Of a stretch of DNA of 64,000 bases, positions 38,431 to 50,884 are shown piece by piece. How positions within the stretch are numbered: position 1 is the stretch's first letter; every line of letters begins with the position of its first letter. Location: the NCBI GenBank assembly GCA_035221665.1, contig CM069171.1, positions 3,100,001-3,164,000 of the forward strand, given 5' to 3'. The notes under the pieces were generated by a model. The model made no database searches. It was not told the DNA's origin and worked only from the letters and a program-made list of their open reading frames with translations. Source of the stretch: Okamejei kenojei. Its lineage: Eukaryota. A program made the position numbers and the translations under genes.

Positions 38431-40096
38431 CGGGAATGCTTCACTATTTAGAGAAAGTCTCTGGGACTATTTGGAGAAAGTCCACATTTACAACGCCTTA
38501 GATCATAGCTGCATTTTCAGAGGTCATAAGGTCATATGTGCTAGGAGAAGAATTAGGCCATTCGGCCCATCAAGCCTACTCCGCCATTCAAGCTTGGTTG
38601 ATCAATCTCTCCCTCCTAACTCTATTCTTCTGCCTTCTCCCCATAACCCCTGACACCCGTACTAATCAAGAATATATCGCTGCCTTAAAAATATCCAAAT
38701 TGACGGCCTCACAGCCTTCTGTGGCAAAGAATTCCACAGAGACAAAGGTGTCTCTGGAAACCTATGATTAATTTGAGGGGTCATCACAGTCTGGGTAGCA
38801 CACTTCAGTCTGACGAAGGGTCTTGACCCGAAACGTCACCCATTGCTTCTCTCCAGAGATGCTGCCTGTCCCGCTGAGTCACTCCAGCATTTTGTGTCCA
38901 TCTTCGATTTTAAACCAGCATCTGCAGTTCCTTCCTAACACATTTTGTAATCTAATTCTGGACATGCACTGCACAACCAACATGTCGAAACCCCGAGCTC
39001 CTGGTGTCGCGTGGCATACTGCCCCCCAGTGTCCAGCTTGCTAATTACCATCCGTGGTCTTTAGGAGATTATTGATCCATGAAATGGTCCAGAAATGTCA
39101 CATTCTCGACAGATCGATGGAGCAACAGAATTACCATCTCGGCAACAATTGATTGCTTTTCTTCCTAAACGCCTGTAAATGTGGCAACCCCCTGGGAGCA
39201 CGTTAATAGGAGCTCATTTCAACTGCAGAACCATTTCTGCCTTTCAATTAGAGTGTGGCCAATTGTATCCCAACCTATTTGTTTTTAACCTTAACCCTTA
39301 ACGTTCTACCCAACACGAATCTGTTCATCTCCCTTTGAAATTTTTAATTCACCATCCCCACTGCAATATCTGTGATCTTTTTGATCCTCAGGTAGATAGA
39401 CAATAGACAATAGACAATAGGTGCAGGAGTAGGCCATTCGGCCCTTTGAGCCAGCACCACCGTTCAATGTGATCATTGCTGATCATCCCCAATCAGTACC
39501 CCGTTCCTGCCTTCTCCCCATATCCCCTGACTCCGCTATTTTTAAGACCCCTCCTCGGCACTGATCTTCCATGGACTTTGTTTGGTTGCACTGCGTACAT
39601 CATTCAGTTTGCACTATTACGGGCTAGTCTCCGGGGGGGGGGAGCGGCCGCTTCAGACATTCCAAGCCGCTGAGGAGTGTTTCACCCGACGCCGGAGTTC
39701 CAGCTTCCCGGCAAGAGGGCCTGAAAACATCGGACTGGCTACTGAGGCCACAAATAGGCCCCGACCTCGGGTGGACTATGAGGAGGAGGAGAACTTGACT
39801 TTTTGGTGCCTTCCCTCACAGTGGATTCTGCTGTGGGGGGACGATTCATGTTGATTCCTATAGTGTATTTTTTATTTTTTATTTATATGGATGTATGGAA
39901 ATCTAATTTCTTCTCTGTAAAGCACTTTGGCTTCAACTTGATTTGATTTAAAAGGGCTATATAAATAAAAATTACTTACTTACTTACTAAGTATCACTGA
40001 TTATCAGTTTATTGTATTATTAATCAAAGTATGATTATTTGTGTTATTGCTTTAACAGACCAGTGAAGCTGCAGCAAGTAAGAATGTCATTGTTCT

Positions 40097-40403
40097 TTAG
40101 ATTAGTTTAGTTTGGAGATGCAGCACGGAAACAGGCCCTTCAGCCCACCAAGACCACACCGACCAGTGATTCCCCTGTACATTGGCACTATCCTATACAC
40201 TAGGGACAATTTACAATTTTTACCGAAGCCAAGTAACCTACAAAAACCTGCATGTCTTTGGAATATGGGACGAAACCGGTGCATCCAGGGAAAACCCACG
40301 AGGTCACGGAGACAAACGTACAAACTCCATACAGACAGCACCCATAGTCAGGAATGAACCCTGGTCTCTAGCGCTGTAAGGCAGCAACTATCCCACTACA
40401 CCA
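40097..40403 (-). mobile_element. HE1-type V-SINE
   Basis: Reverse complement of SINE consensus with (tttag)n tail. Confidence 0.8.
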
Positions 40404-40737
40404 CTATTCTGTTCCCATGCATATGAGAATTAAATAATCTTGTGATCCCACTGGAGTTATGGAAGGAACCTGTTCGTATGGGCGGATGTCTCGGTGATTG
40501 AGGGGCACAGATTCGAACTGGGGGCACAAGACACAAGGTGGAAGAGCACAGTGACATACACACTATCTGCAGGGGGAACTGACAAAGACGCAATGGGGCT
40601 TTCAAAGGAGAAGTGGATGGGTTCAAGGGGAACTCATTTGCAGAGCCCGGGGAAAGAAAATAACCGATGTGACTCCTGTGCACATTTGATGGGCCAAATG
40701 GCCTTCTCTTGTTCCATAATGCTTGCTATGTCGTGCT

Positions 40738-41188
40738 TATGTCAGCGAATCGTCCGATCAGCTGAGAAGATTATTGGCTGCAACCTTCCCTCCATTGATG
40801 AACTGCACACTGCAAGGGCCAGGAAGCGAGCGGGCAAGATCATCTCTGGCCCCTCTCACCCTGGCCACAAACTCTTTGAATCACTTCCCTCTGGAAGGCG
40901 ACTCCGGACTGTCAAAGCCGCCACAGCCAGACATAAAAACAGTTTTTATCCACGAGTAGTTGCTCTACTCAACAGCCAAAAATATCTGTAGCCTCCCTTT
41001 GATCTGGTATTTTGTTGGTTCACATGCTTGATCAATGGTGTTTTATCATTAATGTTTTATTATTATTAATGTTTAATGTTTACTGAGTCATTCGTAACTG
41101 TCACTGTATGTCATGTTGTTACTTGTGGGCAGAGCACCAAGGCAAATTCCTTGTATGTGAATACTTGGCCAATAAACTTACTTACTTA
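40738..41188 (+). mobile_element. Rex1/Babar-type LINE 3' end
   Basis: QRIVRSAEKIIGCNLPSIDELHTARARKRAGKIISGPSHPGHKLFESLPSGRRLR..KNSFYPRVVALLN*; 3'UTR ending aataaa(ctta)n. Confidence 0.8.
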
Positions 41189-41574
41189 AATATCGCCCAG
41201 GAGCAAAGGAGGTTACAGAGAGTGGTCGACAGAGACAGGCACTGATATCCGTACCATTAATGAGACCTACAGGAGGCGTTGCCTCAAAAAGGCAACCAAT
41301 ATCATCAAAGACCAACACACAAAAAAAGACACAACGTGCTGGAGTAACTCAGCGGGTCAGGGGACATCTCAGAGATGCTGCTGGACCACTCAATTACTCC
41401 AGCGCTTTGTGTCTTTTTTTTTAACCCAGCATCTGCATTTCCCTGTGTCTACAAAGACCCACACCACCCTGGCCACGCTCTCATTTCATTCCTACCATCA
41501 GGAAGAAGGTTCAGGAGTCTGAAAACTGTGCATGCCAGGATCAAGAACAGTTTCTTACTAAACAATCATCAGGC

Positions 41575-41614
41575 TCTCTCTGGGTCTCTCTCTCTCTCTC
41601 AATCTATTTCTGTA

Positions 41615-41651
<37 letters not shown>

Positions 41652-41995
41652 GTCTTCCCTACTCTCTCTTTCTCTCTAATCTCTTATATCTCCCCCAATC
41701 ATATACACTGTTAATATTTGTGTCTCTGCCTCTTTTCTCTTTTTTCTACTTTCAGCTCTCTATTTATTTATCTCTCTCTCCCTCTCCCTCCACTCTATCT
41801 CCATCTTCTTTCTTTCGCAGTACATTTCTTCTATCTTTCCTTCTTTCTCTCTGCCCCTCTTCTCCCCCTCTCTAACAACCTATTTTTCTCTCTCATCCCT
41901 CTCACGGGTCTCTCCATGTGTCTGTCTTTCTTTCTCTCCCCCCATTCTGTATATCCCCTCTCTCTTCACCATGTGTACCTCTGCTTCTCTCTCCG
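41575..41995. repeat. CT-rich low-complexity tract
   Basis: (ct)n/pyrimidine-rich. Confidence 0.9.
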
Positions 41996-42104
41996 TAGAA
42001 CTAGTTGGTTCTTCAGTCTGCGGGAAGTTGAAACAGGCAAACTACTGACAAAATAAAGATTCTCGTCAAAAGCATTGATTGTAATCATGTATTGTCTTTC
42101 TGCT

Positions 42105-42241
42105 TCTTCATCTTTCGTGTGGCGTGCACAGCCTAAAGTTGTAGAACAACTTGTTCTATTTGATCTTCCGTTTGTGCACGTCGATTTGATTGCATTAGTC
42201 GAAACAGGGCGGACCACGTGAAGGTTGCAATCTCCCACCCC
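42105..42241 (-). mobile_element. 137-bp non-autonomous retroelement with 5' HDV-like ribozyme (copy 2)
   Basis: 11-bp TSD gtctttctgct (42094-42104, 42242-42252); gaaagatgaaga tail; same 5' end as copy 1. Confidence 0.88.
42188..42241 (-). ncRNA. Minimal (54-nt, essentially P4-less) HDV/CPEB3-like ribozyme fold, intact
   Basis: GGGGUGG-GA-GAUUGCA-ACC-UUCACGU-GGU-CCGCCCU-GUUUCGA-CUAA-UGCAAUC: P1 with G1.U wobble, perfect 7-bp P2, P3, L3 UUCACGU, putative catalytic C at 42198. Confidence 0.85.
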
Positions 42242-43343
42242 GTCTTTCTGCTGACTGGATAGCACGCAACAAAAGCTTTTCACTGTACCTCGGTACACGT
42301 GACAATACAACTAAAGTAAAACTGAAACTGAAGTCCCACCATCATCTACGTTTTACAGCTGGAATTTTAGAATAACAATTTTTACGCAGGCCCTACTCTC
42401 ATCTCCGACTCCACCGACCCACACATTAATCTCCCGAACATTCTGCTGAGCAATCAGTTTTTTGCTTCACTTTCCGAGGACCTGCCTCAGTTTACCCAGT
42501 TGGAGTTGAGCTCAGTAGCGAGCACCGAGCAAAACTAATTTGCAAAGCTGGTGATTCGTGAATCCAATGTAGTCGTGCTCGGTAATATTCTCCCCAGCAA
42601 GCGCTCGTTCTGCATTCACATTATTCAAATTCCTGACAGTCTTTTGTTTTCCACACTTTTCCAGCCCATCGATTACCTTCCCTCTTTAATACCTCCGGAT
42701 ATATATCCATCTTTTCTTATTTCCTTTTTCTTTTTTTTCCTCTGCACTGCTTTGGTAGCTTAGGGGTCTTTTTCTTGTTATTTTCTATTTTATCTCTCCA
42801 TTCTTTCTTTTCTTTCCTTGTTTTCCTTTTTTTTCCCTTTAAAAACAAAACTTTGGTTAAAAGGTTAAAAATGAATCAGTACAATAATTGTATAATTGTG
42901 ATGCTGATCATTTTATCCTTGTACAACTGCTTCTCTCCAGCGTGGGATATTTCTCTGCTTGCCGCAGTTTGTGGCTTGGAGTTTCATTCTGGTGACTTTG
43001 GGGGGGGGGGGGGGGGGGGGGCGGTTGGGTAAAACCCAGGTTACCGTACTGTTGGGGAAGGGAGGAGAAGGGGTGATGCGGTCTTTTACAGGGAGCCCAA
43101 AAGCCATGGACCTGCCCAGTCTAATTTTATAGAGGTGTATCAAATCATGAGAGGGACAGATCGGGTAGACGCACTGAGTCTCATAATAGAAACATAGAAA
43201 ATATGTGCAGGAGGAGGCCCTTCGGCCCTTCGAGTCATTCATTGTGATCATGGCTGATCGTCCCCTATCAATAACCCGTGCCTGCCTTCTCCCCATATCC
43301 CTTGACTCCACTAGCCCCTAGAGCTCTATCTAACTCTCTTAAA

Positions 43344-45490
43344 GTTATACTGGATATACAATGGAAGACATTTAAAGACTGCATGGATGAACTACAAAAA
43401 TTGTTCATCCCAGTTTGGCAAAAGAATAAATCAGGGAAGGTAGTGCATCCGTGGATAACAAGGGAAATCAGGGATAGTATCAAAGCAAAGGATGATGCGT
43501 ACAAAGTAGCCAGAAAAAGCAGCATACCAGAGGACTGGGAGAAATTCAGAGACCAGCCGAGGAGGACAAAGGGCTTAATTAGGAAAGGAAAAATAGATTA
43601 TGAAAGAAAACTGGCAGGGAACATAAAAACTGACTGCAAAAGTTTTTATAGATATGTGAAGAGAAAGAGGTTAGTTAAAAACAAATGTAGGTCCCTTGCA
43701 GTCAGAAACAGGTGAGTTGATCATGGGGAACAAGGATATGGCGGACCAATTGAATAACTACTTTGGTTCCGTCTTCACTAAGGAAGACATAAATAATCTG
43801 CCGGAAATAGCAGGGGACTGTGGGTCAAAGGAGGAATTGAGTGAAATCCAGGTCAGTCGGGAAGTGGTGTTCGGTAAATTGAATAGATTAAAGGCCGATA
43901 AATCCCCAGGGCCAGATAGGCTGCATCCCAGAGTACTTAAGGAAGTAGCTCAGGAAATAGTGGATGCATTAGTGATAATCTTTCAAAAACTCTTTAGATT
44001 CTGGAGTAGTTCCTGAGGATTGGCGGGGTAGCAAATGTAACCCCTCTTTTTAAGAAGGGAGGGAGAGAGAAAACGGGGAATTACAGACCAGTTAGTCTAA
44101 CATCGGTAGTGGGGAAACTGCTAGAGTCAGTTATTAAAGATGGGATAGCAGCACATTTGGAAAGTGGTAAAATCATTGGACAAAGTCAGCATGGATTTAC
44201 GAAAGGTAAATCATGTCTGACGAATCTTGTGGAATTTTTCGAGGATGTAACTAGTAGCGTGGATAAGGGAGAACCAGTGGATGTGGTATATCTGGACTTC
44301 CAGAAGGCTTTCGACAAGGTCCCACATAAGAGATTAGTATACAAACTTAAAGCATACGGTATTAGGGGTTCAGTATTGATGTGGATAGAGAACTGGCTGG
44401 CAAACAGGAAGCAAAGAGTAGGAGTAAACGGGTCCTTTTCACAATGGCAGGCAGTGACTAGTGGGGTACCGCAGGGCTCAGTGCTGGGACCCCAGCTATT
44501 TACAATATATATTAATGATCTGGATGAGGGAAAATTGAAGGCAATATCTCCAAGTTTGCGGATGACACTAAGCTGGGGGCAGTGTTAGCTGTGAGGAGGA
44601 TGCTAGGAGACTGCAAGGTGACTTGGATAGGCTGGGTGAGTGGGCAAATGTTTGGCAGATGCAGTATAATGTGGATAAATGTGAGGTTATCCACTTTGGT
44701 GGCAAAAACAGGAAGGCAGACTATTATTTAAATGGTGGCCGATTAGGAAAAGGGGAGATGCAGCGAGACCTGGGTGTCATGGTACACCAGTCATTGAAAG
44801 TAGGCATGCAGGTGCAGCAGGCAGTGAAAAAAGCGAATGGTATGTTAGCTTTCATAGCAAAAGGATTTGAGTACAGGAGCAGGGAGGTTCTACTTCAGTT
44901 GTACAGGGTCTTGGTGAGACCACACCTGGAGTATTGCGTACAGTTTTGGTCTCCAAATCTGAGGAAGGACATTATTGCCATAGAGGGAGTGCAGAGAAGG
45001 TTCACCAGACTGATTCCTGGGATGTCAGGACTGTCTTATGAAGAAAGACTGGATAGACTCGGTTTATACTCTCTGGAATTTAGGAGATTGAGAGGGGATC
45101 TTATAGAAACTTACAAAATTCTTAAGGGATTGGACAGGCTAGATGCAGGAAGATTGTTCCCGATGTTGGGGAAGTCCAGGGACAAGGGGTCACAGCTTAA
45201 GGATAAGGCGGAAATCCTTTAAGACCGAGATGAGAAAGACTTTTTTCACACACAGAGTGGTGAGTCTCTGGAACTCTCTGCCACAGAGGGTAGTTGAGGC
45301 CAGTTCATTGGCTATATTTAAGAGTGAGTTGGATGTGGCCCTTGTGGCTAAGGGGATCAGAGGCTATGGAGAGAAGGCAGGTACGGGATACTGAGTTGGA
45401 TGATCAGCCATGATCATATTGAATGGCGGTGCAGGCTCGAAGGGCTGAATGGCCTACTCCTGCACCTAATTTCTATGTTTCTATGTTTCT
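43344..45490 (+). mobile_element. 5'-truncated CR1/HER1-type LINE, ORF2 with reverse transcriptase (frameshifted)
   Basis: [66 protein letters not shown]; (tctatgtt)n tail. Nested in an opposite-strand CR1 3' end (43187-43343, 45491-45525). Confidence 0.95.
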
Positions 45491-46674
45491 AAATCCATCC
45501 AGTGACTTGGCCTCCACTGCCCCCTGTTGGTCTTGCCCAGAGTAGGGGAATCGAGAAGTAGAGGGCATAGGATCAAGGTGATGGGGGGGAAATTTTAGGC
45601 ATTTTGGAGGGATTGAAGGCAATGGGGAGCTGGGACAGAGATTAAAACCTGAGGCAGAGCAGCCGTGATCATATTGAATGGTGGGTTAGGCTTGAGTGCC
45701 GAGTGGCCTACTCATGCACTTGTTTTCTTGTGTTCTTATTGAGTCCAACCAGTCTGAGTGTCCTTCTCTGATGTTCCTGCCAACTTTCCTTGCATATCTT
45801 CAATTGAATTGAATTGGAAGATACAGCATGGAAACAGGCCCTTTGGTCCACTGTCCACACCGACCTTCCATCACCCCTTCACACTAGTTCCACGTCATCC
45901 CACTTTCTCATGCACTCCCTACGCACTAGGGGCAATTTACAGAGGGCCAATTAACCTGCAAACACGCACTTCTTTTGGATGTGGCGGGAAACATGCAAAC
46001 TCCTCACAGCCAGCAACCGAGATCAGGATCCAACCCAGATCTGAGCTGCGAGGAGGCTGCTTTACTAGCTGCGCTACTGTGCGGCACTTAATTTTTGTGT
46101 TGATATTTCTCTATTCAAAGCTCCTGCCATTTTTGCTCATCTAAATGTAAACATATCCTCGTACCAGGTATATCAGCTGCCATCTCTGCAGCCACATCTT
46201 GAGTTGCTGCGCGTTTCCTGCTTTTATTGTTAATGCAATAATGCTTTTGTTTCGCAAATGTCCTATTGTTTCATTTTCAAGTTTAGAATTCTATTCTTCT
46301 CGCCTCTCCAATAAGCCGCAAGTCTGTGTGTACACACGGCAAAACATTGCCAAACGCCCTCTCGCCGTCCACTTCACAACTTTAAAATGCAAATGCTGTG
46401 TTGGAAAGACATTCCAGACCAACCTACATGACGCTGAGGGATTGAAACTTTAAGAATGCTTTTACGGAACGTACAACTGTCAAAACTGAAATTTAATTAA
46501 ACAATACAGGATGTAAGGGCAAAAAAAACAAAAGCAAATGAGGATTTTGTTATTTGCATTATGCAAATAAACTGCAAACACAACAAATATGTCAATTAAC
46601 CAGTTTCCACAGCGAGCCCGCCCTTCACTACGCTCATTGGCTCAAAGCCTGACAATTAAACTGTACTGTCAAAG

Positions 46675-47580
46675 AGAGACACAAAACGCTGGAGTAACTC
46701 AGTGGGATGGGCAGCATCTCTGGAGATGGAATGGGTGACGTTTCGAGTCGAGACCCTTCTTCAGACTGACAGTCAGGGGAGAGGGAGACTAGTGATATGG
46801 ATGGGTAAGGTGTGAAAATGGCAGATCAAAGCAGACGATGTTCATAAAAATGTAGAATGGTTCATTGTTAGCGGGGGGAAGGTGACACCGACGCATGCAA
46901 TCAGAAAAAATAATCAGGAGGACAGTGGAACTAGTCGGAGAACTAGGGTGGGGGAGGGGCCGACTGACTAGTTTCACTGTCCATAGACACAAAATGCTGG
47001 AGTAACTCAGCGGGACAGGCAGCTTCTCTGTAGACAATTGAATGGGTGACAACTTGGGTCGAGACCCTTCCTCAGACTGGAAGAATCTTCTGAGCCTGAA
47101 AAAGGGTCTTGACCCAAAACATCACCCATTCCTTCTCTCCAGAGATGCTGCCTGTCCCGCTGAGTTACTCCAGCATTTAGTATCTATCTTCGGTGTAAAC
47201 CAGCATCTGCAGTTCCTTCCCACACTACTGGTTCCAATGTCCTCCAGATTATTTTTTCTGATTGTCACCTTCCCCCCTGCTAACAATGAACCATTCTACA
47301 TTTCCTTGAGCATTGTCTGCTTTGATCTGTCGTTTTCACACCTTACCCTTCCATATCTCTAGTCTCCTCTCTCTTCTGACTCTCAGCCTGAAGAAGGGTC
47401 TCGACCCAAAACATCACCCATTCCTTCTCTCCAGAGATGCTGCCCGTCCCGCCGAGTTTCCCCGGCATATTTTGTGGACGAGACAACCATTGGAATCTTG
47501 GATAAAAGCTGGAGTAACTCAGCGGGACAGGCAGCATCTCTGGAGAGAAGGAATGGGTGATGTTTCGGGTCCGGGACCCT
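46675..47580. mobile_element. Cluster of direct and inverted Penelope-derived terminal repeats with hammerhead motifs
   Basis: Repeated gacacaaaatgctggagtaactcagcggg..gggtgacgtttcg(a/g)gtcgagacccttcttcag and its reverse complement (e.g. 47388 ctgaagaagggtctcgacccaaaacatc). Confidence 0.8.
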
Positions 47581-48191
47581 CTTTTCATAGACATAGACAT
47601 AGAAAATAGGTGCAGGAGGAGGCCATTCGGCCCTTCAAGCATGCACAGCAATTAATTGTGATCATGGCTGATCATCCCCTATCAATAACCCGTGCCTGCC
47701 TTCTCCCCATATCCCTCGACTCCACCAGCCCCTAGAGCTTTAACTAACTCTCTCTTAAATCCATCCAGTGACTTGGCCTCCACGCTCCATAGATGCTGCT
47801 ACACCCACTGAGTTTCTCCAGCATTTTTGTGTGCCTTCGATTTTCCAGCATCTGCAGTTCCTTCTTAAACACTTGGCCTCCACTGCCCTCTGTGGCAGGG
47901 AATTCCACAAATTCACAACTCTCTGGGTGAAAAAGTGTTTTCTCACCTCAGTCTTAAATGACCTCCCCTTTATTCTAGGATTTCAAACTTGGAATCTTCT
48001 CCACAATTCAGAAAGATCATGGTTGACCCTTTAACGTATGCGAGGACCAGTGATGGCGATTGTACGCCAAGATACAGGTAGAAACTAGGAACTGAGTGCC
48101 GACTGAGTACAGAAATTTGTTCTTCCCGCACGCATTTAAAGCATGGAATAATCTCCATCCTACTATAGTTACCCAACCAGATGGAACTAAA

Positions 48192-48872
48192 TCTGAGGAA
48201 GGGTTTCGGCCCGAAACGTTGCCTATCTCCTTCGCTCCAGTCTGAGGAAGGGTTTTGGCCCGAAACGTTGCCTATCTCCTTCACTCAGGTCTGAGGAAGG
48301 GTTTTGGCCCGAAACGTTGCCTATCTCCTTCGCTCCAGTCTGAGGAAGAGTTTTGGCCTGAAACGTTGCCTATCTCCTTCACTCAGGTCTGAGGAAGGGT
48401 TTTGGCCCGAAACGTTGCCTATCTCCTTCGCTCCAGTCTGAGGAAGAGTTTCGGCCTGAAACGTTGCCTATCTCCTTCACTCAGGTTCTGAGGAAGGGTT
48501 TGGCCCGAAACGTTGCCTATCTCCTTCACTCAGGTCTGAGGAAGGGTTTTGGCCCGAAACGTTGCCTTTCTCCTTCACTCAGGTCTGAGGAAGGGTTTTG
48601 GCCCGAAACGTTGCCTATCTCCTTCACTCAGGTCTGAGGAAGGGTTTTTGGCCCGAAACGTTGCCTATCTCCTCGCTCCGGTCTGAGGAAGAGTTTCGGC
48701 CTGAAACGTTGCCTATCTCCTTCACTCCAGTCTGAGGAAGGGTTTCGGCCCGAAACGTTGCCTATCTCCTTCGCTCCAGTCTGAGGAAGGGTTTCGGCCC
48801 GAAACGTTGCCTATCTCCTTCCCTCCATAGATGCTGCTGCACCCGCTGAGTTTCTCCAACATTTTGTGTATC
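48192..48872 (+). repeat. 13 x 49-bp tandem array of Penelope-type minimal hammerhead motifs
   Basis: Unit tctgaggaagggtttcggcccgaaacgttgcctatctccttc(g/a)ctc(cag/agg); starts 48192, 48241 ... 48780; TSD aactaaat (48185-48192, 48877-48884). Confidence 0.9.
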
Positions 48873-49064
48873 CTGCAACTAAATTTAAGGTAGCTCTTTC
48901 TTCCCAAAAACCCTTTCTGGCTTAAGTCCTCCCTCCACCACCTCCAGTTTAAATTCCTTTTGGAATATTTTGGAGGAGCAAGAAACCAAGACGGTGGTTC
49001 AGAAGACCTACACGAACTAAACCCTGCATGCACAGTGCCAGCCTTCTCAGGTGTTGATTTGGGG

Positions 49065-49400
49065 AAATGCAAGAAGATGCAGGAAGATTGTTCCCGATGT
49101 TGGGGAGGTCCAGAACACGGGGTCACAGTCTAAGGATAAGGGGGAATTCCTTTAGGACAGAGATGAGGAAAACATTTTTCACACAGAGAGTGGTGAGTCT
49201 CTGGGATTCTCTGCCACAGAAGGTAGTTGAGGCCAGTTCATTGGCTATATTTAAGAGGGAGTTAGATGTGGCCCTGTGGTTAAAGGGATCAGGGGGTATG
49301 TAGAGAAGCCAGGTACAGGATACTGAGTTGGATGATCAGCCATGATCATATTGAAGGGCCGAATGGCCTCCTCCTGCACCTATTTTCTATGTTTCTATGT
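49065..49400 (+). mobile_element. 5'-truncated CR1 3' fragment flanked by a 164-bp direct duplication
   Basis: DAGRLFPMLGRSRTRGHSL..; flanks 48901-49064 and 49401-49564 are near-identical. Confidence 0.9.
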
Positions 49401-49569
49401 TTCCCAAAAACCCTTTCTGGCTTAAGTCCTCCCTCCACCACCTCCAGTTTAAATTCCATTTGGAATATTTTGGAGGAGCAAGAAACCAAGACGGTGGTTC
49501 AGAAAGCCTACACGAACTAAAACCTGCATGCACAGTGCCAGCCTTCTCAGGGTTGATTTGGGGGGACGT

Positions 49570-49870
49570 TGCATGTCACAACGTTGCTGCTGCTTGCTGC
49601 TGCTGCTGCTTTGACCTGGCGCTGGGCAGCTGATGAGGCGCGCGGCACCCTGGGAGTTGTAGTCCTCCTGCTGCTCGGCGCCAGCGTCGGACCAGGGTTG
49701 GGAACTACAGCCCCCGGCAGCCTCCGCGCGGCCCGGGCTCCCATGTAACAGCTGAGAGCCCCGGGGCGCTGTGACAAGCCGCAGCCGGAACGGTGCGAGT
49801 GAGTGAGTGAGCCCTTGTTTATTCCAACGCGGAAGTAGTGACCTTTTAAATTCATTTTCTGCAGGTTGCA
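49570..49870 (+). promoter_or_regulatory. CpG-island promoter / 5'UTR of the MLK gene
   Basis: ZNF143 motifs ggactacaactcccagggtgcc (minus, ~49644-49665) and actacagcccccggcag (49704); ETS cggaagt (~49830); acceptor ttcattttctgcag at 49864. Confidence 0.75.
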
Positions 49871-50016
49871 CGGGACATGTTTCTGTCGGAATCGATGCAA
49901 TGCAGAGGAATAGAAGAGATGGCAGCAAAATAAGACCCCATATGCGGGGGGAAGGGTTGCAGGGCTCCTTAAAGCCGGAGACGGGGCGAGACGCAGAAAC
50001 AGAAACCTTTCATTAA

Positions 50017-50817
<801 letters not shown>

Positions 50818-50884
50818 TAGTTCCAATGAAAAATAGGTGCATCAATAGGCCATTCGGCCCTTTGAGCCAGCACTGCCATTCATG

